DNA from: Chiloscyllium plagiosum | Lineage: Eukaryota | Assembly (NCBI RefSeq): GCF_004010195.1 | Contig: NC_057719.1 | Span: 14,444,364-14,508,363 of the forward strand | Length of the DNA: 64,000 bases | Direction: 5' to 3' | Part shown: piece after piece, positions 13,241 to 26,160 of the stretch | How positions within the stretch are numbered: position 1 is the first letter of the stretch | Layout of the letters: the number at the start of each line of letters is the position of its first letter | Notes under the pieces: generated by a model | Seen by the model: only the letters and a program-made list of their open reading frames with translations | What the model was told of the DNA's origin: nothing | The model's database searches: none | Made by a program: the position numbers and the translations under genes

Positions 13241-13812
13241 CATGCTTCTATTCGAATAATTCTAAAAGGCAAATTAAGATATCGTGCACCTGTTAACTCC
13301 AGTTGAGAAGGCAAGGCAAAGCAGGGAAACTGAACATCCAGGTCAGTACTGAATGAGTGAGCCACTATGAGAATAAGCAAGCAACCCTGGATGCAGCATG
13401 GACCAATTGGCAAAATGGGTGTCTGTCCAAGTGCACACAGCCTTCCAATAAGAATTATTGACACACCCCAAAGTGCACTCTGATAGCACCGTGGCATACT
13501 ATAAGTGTATTGGAGGTATATTGTCATTGACACGCTGGCACTATTGGATACCAACTTCTATAGTTGCGGATGCGGGCGGTTGCTGCCCTGGGCTGTGCCC
13601 TGAGGCCTTGGTACCAGGTGTGAAAGATGGAGCTCTGAAGGAGCAAGCAGTGATCTGGAGTCCTACTCGGTACTCTCAAGGAGAAAGTAAGGACTGCAGA
13701 TCAGAGTCAAGAGTGCGGTGCTGGAAGTTGTCTATTCATATCCCATTTGACTGCTCTTCTGTGGCAGTTTTCCGTTATAAATTCTTACCCAATGATAAGG
13801 CAGCATCTGAGG

Positions 13813-14080
13813 ATTAGATTAGATTCCCTACAGTGTGGAAACAGGTCCTTCGGCCCAACCAGTCTACCCTGACCCTCCGAAGAGTAACCCACCCAGACCC
13901 ATTTCCCTCTGACTAATGCGCCTAGCACTATGGGCAATTTAGCATGGTTAATTCACCTGACTTGCACATCTTTGGACTGTGGGCCAGGAGGAAACCCACA
14001 CAGACAGTCGCCTGAGGCTGGAATCGAACCCAGGACCCTGGTGCTGTGAGGCAGCAGTGCTAACCACTGAGCCACCGTGC
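13813..14080 (-). mobile_element. HE1-type SINE inserted into a family A element (13679-14130)
   Basis: Reverse complement of ggcacggtggctcagtggttagcactgctgcctcacag; (TCTAA)n tail. Confidence 0.9.
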
Positions 14081-16281
14081 CATGCAGGGATCAGGCGAAT
14101 CAACATTTTGGACATAAGCCCTTCATCTGACTTCCATGTTGGGAATTTTCAAAGTGTGTTTAATCCCTGACTTGATAAAATTGATGAGCTAAGGTTAGGT
14201 AATGATCCTAGTTACCAGGAATGAAAACCCTAGTTACTAGTGTCATTGAAGCACAGAATTGTCAGATCACAGAATGACGCCATTCAGCTCATCTTTCCTG
14301 CACTCGTTCGAATACTAGTGCCAATCTTCTTTTCCTCTATAACCCTGCGAACCATTTCTATCCAATGCTCTCTTGAACCTACCTTCACTATATTTCCAGG
14401 CAGTGCATTCCATACCCTAATTACTCGCTGTGTGAAAAAGTTTGTTTGTTTCTCATATCACTGTTCCTTCGATTACACATCATTTTAAATCAATGCCCTT
14501 TCATTTTGAATCCATTTCCAAGCAGGAACAGCATCTCCTTATCTACTCTATTCCCACCTGCTCATGATTTTGCAAACTTCTATTAAATCTCCTCTCAGCC
14601 TTCCACTCTCCAAAGAGAACAGTCCCAACCTCTTCAATCGATCCTCAAAATGGCAGTTTCTCATTCCTGCCTCAGGGTAGCAGCCACCCATGCCTCGTAT
14701 CTACAGATGTTGGTATCCAATAGGTATCCAGCCCGTCAATAACAATATGGTATACCTCCAATCCACTTATTGTGTGCTATGATACTATCATTCTGCACTT
14801 TGGGATGCATCAATAATTATATAATAGGATTATATAAATCCTCTTGCAGCTCAATAGTGGGAATCTCATCTCAATATGCAAAACTAGGTTGGAAAATGAG
14901 ACTTCTCACTACCAGCATCAGGTAGTGTAGGATTTCTCATGCAATTCTCCCAACTTTCTCACTATGGTCCACATCCTGATAAGATTCCACCTAATGTGCC
15001 TTGCAACACCTCACAGGCATTATGAAGTCTTCAACATTTGAAATTTAAGAATTATCCTCATGGTGCACACTGCATAGCCCATCAGATCATTTTATTCCAC
15101 TTAATCCAAAGAGGTCCTCAGCTGGAGTTGTCTATTCATATCCCATTTGACTGCTCTTCTGTGGCAGTTTTCCGCTATAAATTCTTACCCAATGATAATT
15201 GATGTCGTTGTCCTGGTCATGTTATGAGAATTCTCCCAAACCCCTGCACTTAACGATAGGGCACTCTTAGAATTACCAGGAACAATCATAAATAATGTTT
15301 ACAGCCACAGGATGGTGTACAGAGCAAATCAAACAGAAGGGACCAGAAGCTAAACTTGAAGAAGCAAATAATAATCAGTGAGAGAATTGGGAGTCCCTAT
15401 CTGAGGATGCTCAGGATCCAGATCTCTGGTTTAAAAATGAAAATGATGGATTGGGAAGAGTTTATGGCACAATGTAATGTTACTCAAGTAATCCAGACAC
15501 TCAGGTCAATGCTATGGGATCAATTGATGCAAGTCCTGCCAATGGCAACCAGTAAAGTTTAAACTGGTTGTTTATAAAAGCCCATCTGGTTCATTAACAT
15601 GCTTTAGTGAAGGATATTTTTCATCCTCACCTGGATTGCCTTCGACATGCAAGGTTATGTCATTAGCATTGTCATTGGCCAGATCCTACCTGCCCTCTGA
15701 AATGACCCAACAATCCACTCAGGTTTGGAATAAATGGGAAATGCTGGTCTTGTCAGTTATGCCTATAGCCCAAGGAGGAGTCAAATAATAAATATGTGGA
15801 GCCACTAAAAATGTTTCTAAAAACGTTATTTTATGTGAAAATACATGGGACTCTAAGTCTGTACTATAAGACCAGAAGAAATGGGAACAGGAGTAGGCCA
15901 TTCAGCCCCTCAATAGGATCATGGCTAATCTGCCATCCCCCATGTTCTCTTTCCTGCCCTTTTCCCAAAACACATGATTCCCTGACTGATCAAGGTTATG
16001 TCTACCAGAGTCTAAAAAATATCCTGCAACACTCTCTGAGGCAAAGGGTTCCAAAGACTCTCAGCCCTCAGAGAGAAGAAATCCTCATCTCAGTATTAAA
16101 CTGGTGCCCCTTTATTCTGAGACTATGCCCTCTGGTCCTAGACTCTCCCATGTGGGGAAGCATTTCCTTAGTATTTGCTCTGTCAAGTCCCTTGAGAATG
16201 CTGTGTATTTCAAAGAGAAATTATGATAATGTGCTTAAAGTAATCCAATCCATCCTGTGTGCCAGCTACAGGACAACTAAG

Positions 16282-16635
16282 TATGCAAGTTAACTCAGTG
16301 AGCTGGAAGGTTTGTTTTCAGACATTTCGTCACCACGCTAGGAAACATCAGTGAGAGTCTCCGGTGAAGCACTGGTGGTATGTCCTGCCTCGCTATTAAT
16401 AGGTCTTGGTTTCTTAAGGTGGGTGATGTCATTTCTGGTTGTTTTTTCAAGAGAAGGTATATTTCTTACCTTAAGAAACCAAGACCTATAAATAGAGAGG
16501 TGGGATATACCATCCGCGCTTCACTGGAGACTCACACTGATAATGTTACCTAGTATGGTGACGAAACATCTGAAAACAAACCTTCAAGCTTACTTACCAT
16601 CAACCTGAGCTACAAATCTTCTCAAAAATCACTAA
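16282..16635. mobile_element. Non-autonomous Penelope-like element made of two inverted pLTRs
   Basis: Inverted arms ~16300-16419 and ~16470-16590 with decayed hammerhead cores; flanked by the 13-bp duplication acaggacaactaa. Confidence 0.85.
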
Positions 16636-16867
16636 CAGGACAACTAACACAGAGGCCATAAAGACTGCCCTAGCTCCTGCAATGAAGGCTCTGATAACTT
16701 TATGATCGGAGAAGGCTCTCCATTTCCATTCTCAAAGTTTTAGAAAACTGAATAGTACTTATAATTACAGAGAGTGACTGAACTCCTTGATAATTTTCAG
16801 CTCACCAGAAAGACCAACCTGAGGGTTGTTACTATACGCTTGCTTAATCAATAACAGTAATCAGTAA

Positions 16868-18398
16868 TGAGTTTTGAGAAGATTTGTAACTCAGGTTGAG
16901 GTTATAGATGTAGATTTGCTCGCTGAGATGGAAGGGTCATTTTCAGGCATTTCGTCACCCTACTAGGTAACATCTCAGTGGGCTCAGGTGAAGCAATGCT
17001 GAAAATTCCTGCTTTCTATTCATAAGTTTGGGTTTCTTTGGGTTGGTGATGTCATTCCCTGGAGTGATGTTATTTCCCGTGGTGAAGTCACTTCCAGTTC
17101 CTTTTCTCAAGGTTTGGTAGACAGGGTCTAACACGATGTGTTTGTTGATAGAGTTCTGGTTGTGATGCCATACTTCTAGGAATTCTGGTGCGTATCTTTG
17201 TTTGGCTTGTCCTAGGATGGATGTATTGTTCCAGTTGAAGTGGTGTCCTTCCTTATCCGTATGTGAGGATACTAGTGAGAGAGGGTCATGTCTTTTTGTG
17301 GATAGTTGGTGTTCATGTATCCTAGTGGCTAGTTTTATACCTGTTTGTCCAATGTTGTGTTTGTTACAGTCCTTTTCACAGTATTTTGTAAATGACATTA
17401 GTTTTGCTTGTTGTCTGTGTAAGGTCTTTCAAGTTCATTAGCTGCTGTTTTAGTGTGTTGATGGGTTTGTGGGCTACAATGATGCCAAGAGGTCTGAGTA
17501 GTCTGGCAATCATTTCCAAGATGTCTTTGATGCAGGGGAGAGTGGCTAGGGTTTCTGGACGTGTTTTGTCTGCTTGTTTTGTCTGCAGCTGCATCAGAAC
17601 ATTAATTCAACGAGCCAGCAGAAAGGAACTACGCAGAGCAGAGGAAAATCACCTGTACAGTGTACTCAAAAATAAAGGTACCCAATGAACACAGTCTGCA
17701 GAGTTCTCAGCAACAAATCCAAACAAGCAGAAAAAACACGTCCAGAAACCCTAGCCACCCTCCCCTACTTCAAAGACATCTCGGAAATGACTGCCAGACT
17801 ACTCAGACCCCTTGGCATCATTGTAGCCCACAAATCCAGGAACACACTAACACAGCAGCTAATAACTTGAAAAACCGAACACAGACAACAAGCCAAACTA
17901 ATGTCATTTACAAAACACCGTGCAAGGACTGTAACAAGCACTACATTGGACAAACAGGCAGAAAACTAGCCACCAGGATACACGAACACCAACTAGCCAC
18001 AAAAAGATATGACCCTAATTTACTAGTACCCTCACATACAGATGAGGAAGGACACCACTTCAACTGGGACAACACATCCATCCTTGGACAAGTCAAACAA
18101 AGACATGCACAAGAATTCCTAGAATCATGGCATTCCAACCGGAACTCTATCAACAAGCACATCAAGTTAGACCCTGTCTACCACCCCCTGAGAAAAGGAA
18201 CAGGAAGTGACTTCACCACAGGAAATAACATCACCACAGGAAATGACATCACAAACCCAAAGAAACCCAAACATATAAATAGAAAGCAGGAATTTTCAGC
18301 ATTGCTTAACCTGAGGCCCACTGAAGATGTTATCCAGTAGGGTGACAAAATGTCTGGAAATGAAACTTCCAGCTCAGCGAGCAAACCTACATCCAAAC
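16868..18398. mobile_element. Penelope-like insertion with two inverted 3' halves
   Basis: GIY-YIG peptides on both strands (16955-17398 -, 17660-18340 +: NVIYKTPCKDCNKHYIGQTGRKLATRIHEH...FLESWH); 11-bp TSD gtaatcagtaa (16857-16867, 18399-18409). Confidence 0.93.
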
Positions 18399-18432
18399 GT
18401 AATCAGTAACAACCTTGCTGAATCAATGTAAG

Positions 18433-18622
18433 GAGGATGTGGAAGTGCCAGTGTTGGACTGGGTTGGATAAGGTCAAAAATTGCATGACACCAAGTTATA
18501 GTCCAACAGGTTTATTTGAAACCACTAGCTTTCAGAGTACCTGATAAAGGAGCAGTGTTTCAAAAGCTAGTGATTTCAAATAAACATGTTGGACTATAAC
18601 CTGGTGGCATGTGATTTTTGAC
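18433..18622. mobile_element. Fold-back element, family D, with decayed hammerhead core
   Basis: Inverted arms ttatagtccaaca/tgttggactataa; central cctgataaaggagcagtgtttcaaaagctagtg. Confidence 0.75.
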
Positions 18623-18624
18623 AA

Positions 18625-19700
18625 TGTAACAAAAGCAGTAGACATGGGATTGTAAATGGATGCTATTAATAGCAGCGATAATGCATTAAAGTAAGTCCCA
18701 CACAAGATACTATTCGCTGAAATTGAAGCTTATGGAATTGAGGACAAGCCATTAGCCTGTACGGGAGATAGTCTCAGTGGATAGAGGCATAAGTGTACAA
18801 ATTGACTGTGTGTGACTAGTAGAATCCCTCAAGGGCTTGCCAAAACCTCAATTATTTGCTATTTATTAATGACTTAAACCAAATCACACAGCAATCTGTC
18901 AATGATATAACGATGTGGCATTGCAATCAACTGCACATGGAATATATAAATTTACAATCCTGTTTAAAGAAATATAAGGTTTGGTAATGACAAACAGATT
19001 TCATCTGAGGCAGTTGCAACATCATCCACTTTTGGATGTAAACTGAATGATCAAAATACTGTCAGCTTGCACTCAGTTAGCTTCTACAGAGATGCCAAGA
19101 ACTTTCCAAGTGGTGAAAATTACAAGCAGTGGAGGCGCACAGAAACTAAAGAGTCCTTGTGTGTAGATTGATGAAATTTCACAGCTAGGTACAAAACATA
19201 TTCATAAACGGTAAATAGGATGGCCCTAGTTAGATTGCACCTTGAGTCCTGCAGGTTCTTGACAGCATACATTAGGAAAAGGACCTCTGGCTTGGAGGGA
19301 ATGCAACACAGCTCTATCAGAATAATAGGCTATTGCCAAAAACCAGATCAAAGACTATGAGTAAAGACGGCTAAGGGGTTTTGGTCTAGGTTTCTGAACA
19401 TTAAGAGGAACAGATAGGGACATAGATTGACAAAAACAATTTTTTCAAACAATTGAATCTGACTAAAATTTCAAAACATTTCTGGACTTAAAGAGTGGTG
19501 GAAGTTTGGGACTCTCATCCACAAGCAGGAGTTTTTCCTAGGTCAATTGTCAACTTCACACCCAAGACAGAAAGATTTCTGTTAAGAACATAGGAGATAT
19601 ATATGTGACAAACTGCAGTATATGGAGGCAAGCTATAGATCAATTCTGACATCGTTAACTGCAAAACAAAATGCAGAGAATAAATAACTTACTGTGATAC
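18625..19700 (+). mobile_element. Highly decayed CR1-like LINE
   Basis: Residual RT and 3' motifs (aagtcccacacaag, atttttattaatgactta, gttagattgcaccttgagt). Confidence 0.55.
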
Positions 19701-19778
19701 ATGATCAACGTTTTATGAGTTGACTTTCTTTATTCCTTATTTTTCTTTTCATTATGCGAGTTACAAATAATACCCTAC

Positions 19779-20083
19779 CTGACCATCAGCTGTTTCCTGA
19801 AAGCATCTTCCCACATTCAGAGTTCTGGTTGGTGGTTGTGGTTGTGACTGTGGTTGTGACTGAGGTTGTGACTGAGGTTTGGGCTGGCCGTTTACATTTC
19901 CATTAGCATTAAGCTGTGACCTTTGTTGAACTGAATGGGTTGGCTGTTGCTCCTGTGACAGTTTTATGCTGTTCTTGATTGGAGTGTCAGGTACGGTTTT
20001 AACTCTTGCCACTTGATGAATCTGCACAGTGGCCTCTGGTGGGTGGTTTACGTGGATATTAACCAAGGACGGAAGCATTACAA
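19779..20083 (-). CDS. LTBP2: LTBP2-like internal exon D (linker and start of hybrid domain)
   Basis: Acceptor ttccctacag| and donor CAG|gtaggg; 305 bp, phase 1 to 0. Translates [29 protein letters not shown]...[12 protein letters not shown], containing the LTBP1/2 HPPEAxVQIHQV motif. Confidence 0.95.
19840..19879 (-). repeat. Coding 12-bp tandem repeat giving (QSQP)n
   Basis: ggttgtgactgt/ggttgtgactga repeated about 3.3 times inside exon D. Confidence 0.9.
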
Positions 20084-20684
20084 CTGTAGGGAAAATGGAA
20101 TAACCATTCAAAATACTGGAAATTAACGATGCATGTTCTTTCAAACTGTATTATTTTCTTTGCCTTCACAACAATAAAGACAGTACTTCAATGCAGAACT
20201 TTTCAAAGATTACCTAATAGAAGAAGGACATCTAGCCACCATATTTGCAGCTCCTCTTCATCTAACAGACCAAAAAGTGGACAATTAAATATGTCAGGAG
20301 GTTGGAAAGGAGGTACACCGCAAATATTTTGGAAGACCACCTGGTCATCTATCTATTCATTTGAACAGAAAACAGCTGTGTTACAGGTGTCTTCAAGGGC
20401 TCAGTGGTTAGCACTGCTGCCTCACAGTGCCTGGGTGTGATTCCATCCTCGAGTGACTGTCAAACCATCTACAAAGACAAGAGGTGAATTCTGCTCAGGA
20501 AAAACAGGTCAGGGGCCTCTGAAATCATGGTGAACTTACGGTTCTATTTCCAACCTTGCTAAGACTGTGGTTACGTTGCCTGGGTTCTCAGTATAGATGG
20601 AAGGAAGTGAATAGCAAACTAATGTATTTCAAATATGTTTTTGCTTGAGGAGTGGGAAGCAGGGACTTAAACCTCCTCTCAATG

Positions 20685-20950
20685 CACGAAATGCTGGAGA
20701 TCACAGTGGGTTAGGTAGCATCCATGGAGAGAGAGCAAAGTAACATTGAGTCTAGATGACTTCATCAGAGCTCTGATAGGAGACAGTGAGGCCTGCAGAT
20801 GCTGGATATCAGAGTTGAGAGTGCGTTGCTGGAAAAGCAACCGAGGCCCGAAACGTCAATTTTCCTGCTCCTCGGATGCTGCCTGACCTGCTGTGCCTTG
20901 CCAGCAACACACTCTCAAATCAGAGCTCTGATGAAGAGTCATCTAGCCTC
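20685..20950. mobile_element. Family B element with a family A element nested in its hammerhead region
   Basis: atcagagctctgat is duplicated around the ~20779-20918 insert. Confidence 0.75.
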
Positions 20951-21347
20951 ATGTATAGGATGGGCTAAAGTTGATGATATTTAACAGCTGCATGACCTGG
21001 AACGGGCCCTGTGAACATTCCTGTATGTGCTGAAAACAGCACAATTAACTTGTTTTTCTGTACGTCCTGTTTGTTGCACTGTATAGGAGAGAAGGGGAGA
21101 ATTTCGTTCTGAGCTATTGGACTTCACCTCAGACCGGGATGGTGAAGGGTGCAAGGAATGAACCTAAGCCTCCAGACCAGCTATTGATTGAGCGGTACCC
21201 GATGGGCAGAAGGGCCTGAGACTTGTTGCTTTTATTTCCCTTTATTTTCTTTTTATTTTATTACTATAAGTGTTGGATTGGGCAGTAGCATTGTGGGGGT
21301 GGGGGCGAAGTTGGGAAGTTGGGAAGATGAATTCCTAGTGCGAATTC

Positions 21348-21800
21348 CTAGAATCATAGAATAGAGTCATAGAATCCTGACAAAGTGGAAACAGGCCCTT
21401 CGGCCCAACAACTCCACACCGACCCTCCGGAGAGTAACCCACCCAGACCCATTCCCCTACCCTATTATCCAATACTTACACCTGACTAATGCACCTCACC
21501 TCCACATCCCTGAACACTATGGTAAAAACAATGACTGCAGATGCTGGAAACCAGATTCTGGATTAGTGGTGCTGGAAGAGCACAGCAGGTCAGGCAGCAT
21601 CCGAGGAGCAGTAAAATCGACGTTTTGGGCAAAAGCCCTTCATCAGGAACACTATGGGCAATTTAGAATGGCCAATTCATCTAACCTGCACATTTTGGAT
21701 TGAGAGAGGAAACCAGAGCACCAGGAGGAAACCAACGCAGAAATGGGGAGAATGTGCAAACTTCACACTGACAGTCACTCTGGGGTGGAATCGAACCCGG
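21348..21800 (-). mobile_element. HE1 SINE with nested family A-like element (21523-21646)
   Basis: HE1 body; the nested piece is flanked by the 11-bp duplication gaacactatgg and carries a hammerhead core at 21618-21646 (-). Confidence 0.88.
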
Positions 21801-21859
21801 ATAGGAGAGGTACGGTTTAGATATCATAGTCGCACTTGCAAAAGAGAGAGAGAGAGAAA

Positions 21860-22008
21860 ATGGTGGTGTTTTAACCAGAGGGTCACCATGTCTCAGACAA
21901 GGGGACAGGCTGAGAAGAATCCTTCACGGTAATCTCAGCTGGTGAAGGAATTGAACACACACTGTTGGCATCACTCTGCTCTGCAAAGCAGCCAACTGAG
22001 CTAAACAA
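21860..22008 (-). mobile_element. tRNA-derived SINE, second family (another copy at ~51750-51905)
   Basis: Reverse complement begins gtttagctcagttggctg...gtgtgttcaattcc (A/B-box-like); two similar copies in the window. Confidence 0.65.
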
Positions 22009-22315
22009 AGTCCTTTAAAGAGAATCCAATACCATCTTCTCAAAGGTAAATGGACATTGAAATGTTGCCTTTGCATTTTGAAAATGATATCCCATTATTA
22101 TCCTGAAAAATAGCCAACAGTAATGTAGAAATATGAATGAAATTATATTCAATAGGGGCAAAATAATTCTATCGACTCAAATTAAATATCTATCTAAATA
22201 GCACAAATTAACAATTTTTTCCACTCAGTGGACCAACTTTGACACTGATTTTAAGGTAAAAACATTGTAACTTATAATGACAATTCAGTGTAAATCCAAG
22301 AATTTGTCACATTAC

Positions 22316-22507
22316 CTTGTTGGTTCGAAAGAGGCAGAGTATACACAGACTGCGAAGCTGATGAACGGGCAGGTACTGTCTTTGACACAGTTTGCTTTTC
22401 AGGAGGAACTGGAAGGTGGCAGAACTTCCCTGTTGAGTTTGATGGGCACCTGCACTTGTCTCTTCCAATGCAGTATCCTCCATTCAGGCAGGGGATCTGG
22501 CAGAAAT
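22316..22507 (-). CDS. LTBP2: LTBP2-like internal exon C (EGF-like domain); absent from ORF track
   Basis: Acceptor gtgttatag| and donor CAAG|gtaatg; 192 bp, phase 1 to 1. Hand translation (Y)[63 protein letters not shown], close to LTBP2 [33 protein letters not shown]...TLPLSNQ. Confidence 0.96.
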
Positions 22508-23459
22508 CTATAACACAATTATAAGGAAGTCAGTAATGAGAACAATTGCTAATTGAATTGATTTATGCACCATTTGAACAATTGATTTCCTACTTCTGAC
22601 AGCTCACTGGTGTTACTTAAGGGTCAAGAACAGGATGCTTCATGTGTGATTAAGAAACTCTCCTGAAAGATAATTAACAACTACTAATTGCCTTTGTTTG
22701 AATGTTGGCTCCTTAGGAGGTGACCTAAGAGACTCTGCCTGTTATTTAAAGGTAGTTAACACTATGATACTTAGCTTTTAAGCCCTTTTCCCCATATTTT
22801 TCAATTAAGATTGCTCTGTCAGTTACTTCCCCTTTCCATCTGACCATGAAATTAAAAATAATTAATATCTTACCAATAACCAGGACTGATGCTTTACTAC
22901 CAAATGTAAAAGGCTTTACAGAGAATCACGTATATATTCTTGGTTAAAAACTACCCCAGAGCACTGAGAATTTTTATATAGTGTCAATTGTGACAAAGAA
23001 GTTCAAATAACTACAAGTCGCAAATTACTTGAATGCGAGGCTTTTTCCATCCTGTTTATCTATTATTAATTTGGTTTTCCTGTTAAGATACTCACTTACT
23101 TGCTGCATGTCTTTAGAAAAACTGTCTTAAGGCAAAGATTGAGAGTTCACCTTGCAGGGAACTAACAACGCCAAATTACATGCAAGAGGTAAAATTACTT
23201 AAAGTGCTCATATTTAGCAGAAAATATTCCATGTTCTACAACGATTTCACCGTCGTTTTACAGACAGTTGTGTGGGAAAGAATTTGTGATAGGAAAGATA
23301 TAAATGGAAAACATATTCTTGAAGAACAAAGCAGAATTGATTGGAAACTGGGAAAACACACACCGACAGTTAGATGTGAATTTAAGTCAATTGAGTGTAA
23401 GAAGGGTTGCATTATTTGGTGCTGTAAGGCATCTGTTTCTAACAATGGGAAAGCATAGG

Positions 23460-23915
23460 GAGGCATAATTGAGGGATTTGCCTCACCATGTCCCTTAGCT
23501 CCTTTACTTTTCAAAAAAATTATCTTTGCCTTAAAAGCATTCAAGGAGGTAGCCTCAACTGCTTCACTGAGCAGGGAATTCCACACAGATTCACAACGCT
23601 TTGGGTGAAGGAGTTCCTCCTCAACTCAGTCCTGAATCTGTTCCCCCTTATTTTGAGGCAATGCCCCCTTGTTCTAGTTTCACCCACCAGTGGGAATAAC
23701 CTTCCTGCTTCTAAGTCTTCTATTCCCTTCATAACTTTATCTGTTTCTATAAGATCCCCCCTTATTCTTCTAAATTCCAAAGTGTATAGTCTCAGTCTAC
23801 TCAACCTTTCTCAACGCAATTCTCTGAATTCCAGAATCAATCCAGTGAACCTCCTCTGCACCCCCTCCAGTGCCAGTACATCCTTTCTCAAGTAAGGAGA
23901 CCAAAACTGTACATT
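23460..23915 (-). mobile_element. CR1 LINE 3' fragment
   Basis: LYTLEFRRIRGDLIETDKVMKG...FTQSVVNL. Confidence 0.9.
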
Positions 23916-24119
23916 GTAAATTCTGCTAGGAGGTCTGAAGTACTATGTTTAAACTGTACTTAAAGCAATGCTTTCTACAATCAGATGTTTCCAGTGAATA
24001 AAAACAGGCCATTAATATTAGCTTCACAAGTCGGGGGAAAAGGTCTACACTGTCTTAACATGTCAGGATTAATGTCAGTTGAAGAATGAAGAGATCTTCA
24101 GAAGACATGGATTACACTA

Positions 24120-24620
24120 GAAGACTGATTCAGTGTCAGTCAATTGGTCAACTTCATTGACTAGAATTTACGTCATTTAGACATATCTTATAGAACTCAT
24201 AGACCACTTCAAGATTGGGTAAAGAGCAAAGGATGCACAATATGATTTTACAATGGGGAGCCAGCAACTGGAATTGTTAAATTGATGATTTCATCAAGCC
24301 CCATCAAAATTTCCCAGAAAGATTTGCTAGACAGCTCAAAGATTTAGTGTTGATGACATACAGAAGATTAGGTGTAAGTACAAGGCAATCTTTGCAACTT
24401 GACAATTGACATAATCATAATATTGACATACCCAAATATAGCAAGACATTGGGAAAGTGTGGCCTCCTGCCTGCATCAAGGAAATACTCAAATTTCAATC
24501 AAGAAAACCTTTAGAAGCAGTTGACTAGATCAAAGGCTGAGGCGGCTACAGAGAGCTGATCCTAAAAGACCATTCGCAAGGAGTAGCTTCAAACTACAAT
24601 AAAGACAAGTGATATCTCAC
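24120..24620 (+). mobile_element. Possible very decayed Gypsy RT/RNase H remnant
   Basis: Scattered motif traces in plausible order (VNF, WGA, SKTL, IKE), heavily disrupted. Confidence 0.3.
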
Positions 24621-25522
24621 CACGAGAATTGATCAACAAACTATAACCTGAGAAGGAGTGAAACAAAGAGTGATGAACACATCTTCCACACAGTCAATAT
24701 CATGGAAAATGTCAAACGTTTCCAATTTTGTTCTAGAAAAACTGCTGACTATTCAAAATATACCCAAACACATGGGAAGGCATGACAAAAACTACAAATG
24801 TAGGCGCAGGATCAATAGTGTTAGATTGTAAGTGCAAACAATTTGCCATTATTATTTCCCCAGCCTCATTCTCTAAAAGACCTATATCCACTTTAGCCTT
24901 TCTCCTCCTTTATGTACACACATATTCTTATATAAGGAAGCTTGTGTTGTCCATCTTGATATTATTTGTGCATTTATGCACAAAGCTTATTTTCTCCCTC
25001 TTTTGGTCTTCTTCTGATGATTTTTAAAACCTTTTTAATCCTCTGGCTAACAACTAATCTTTGCCAGATTGTATTTTTTTTTTCAACTTGATGTAGATTC
25101 TCTTTGTTAGAAATGGTCACTGCTTGCTGCACTGGAGAATTTGTTTTTCGTGAAAACATAGAAAATACAACAAAGGAGTGGCAGTTATGGGCCAAATATT
25201 CAGAAATGAGACTGGACAGGTGGAAGGTATATCAGGAGGGGAACATGTTGAAAATAGTGACCATAACTCAGTTGGATTGAATATGGTCACACAAAAGGGA
25301 AAGATGGCTGCTGAATAAAGCTCTAAACTAAGGAAAGCCTGATTTTATGAAGATATGAATTGGTCCAAATGGACTGGGAACTATTTGCACTAATTTCTTT
25401 TCCAGAGCAGTGGGAGCATTCAAGAAATAACAAATATATTCATGAAATGACAAAGGGTAGGACCAAAACTGGAGAACCTTGGATGTCAAGAATTAAGAAT
25501 ACAAAACAAAGGCTTACGACTG

Positions 25523-26160
25523 TTACCGAGGTCTCAATACAGCCCTACCATTCACCATGAAACCCCTACTTTGATTTGACTTTCCAAAATGCAAGACCTC
25601 ACACTTATCTATATTAAACTCAATTTGCCATTTCTCAGTCCACTTCCCCAGCTGATCAAAGTCCTGCTGCAATTTCTGATAACCTTCCTCACTATTCACA
25701 ATACCACCTATTTTAGTGTCATCTGCAAACTTATTAATCATGCCTTGTACGTTCTCATCCAAATTATTGATATAGATAACACATAGTAATGGGTCCAGCA
25801 CCAACCACTGAGGCACTGCAATAGTCGCAGGCCTCCAGTCCAACAAGCATCCTTCCACTGTTACCCTCTGCTTCCTACTATCAAGCCAATTCTGTATCCA
25901 ATTTTCCAGCTCCCTCTGGATTCCATGCAATCTAACCTTCCAGAGTAGCCTACCATGTAGAACCTTTTCAAAAGCCTTAGCGAAATCCATTCAGACTAGG
26001 TCTGCCATCCTGCCTTCAACAACCTTCCTAGTCATGTCATCAAAGAACTCGAACAAATTTGTGAGGCATGATCTCCCACTCACAAAGCCATGCTGACTAA
26101 TCCTAATCAAACCAAATTCATGTATATCTTGTCTCTCAGAATCTTGTCAAGTAACTTATC
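25523..26160 (-). mobile_element. CR1 LINE reverse transcriptase fragment
   Basis: MDFAKAFEKVLHGRLL...VPQWLVL...INKFADDTKIGG...KCEVLHFG. Confidence 0.93.

Noticed and set aside
17660..18340. Longest ORF (226 aa) as a host gene
   Set aside because: It is a frameshifted Penelope GIY-YIG fragment inside a TSD-bounded insertion.
20084..20144. 5' extension of ORF 19761-20144
   Set aside because: Intronic read-through upstream of a clean phase-1 acceptor; not signal-peptide-like.
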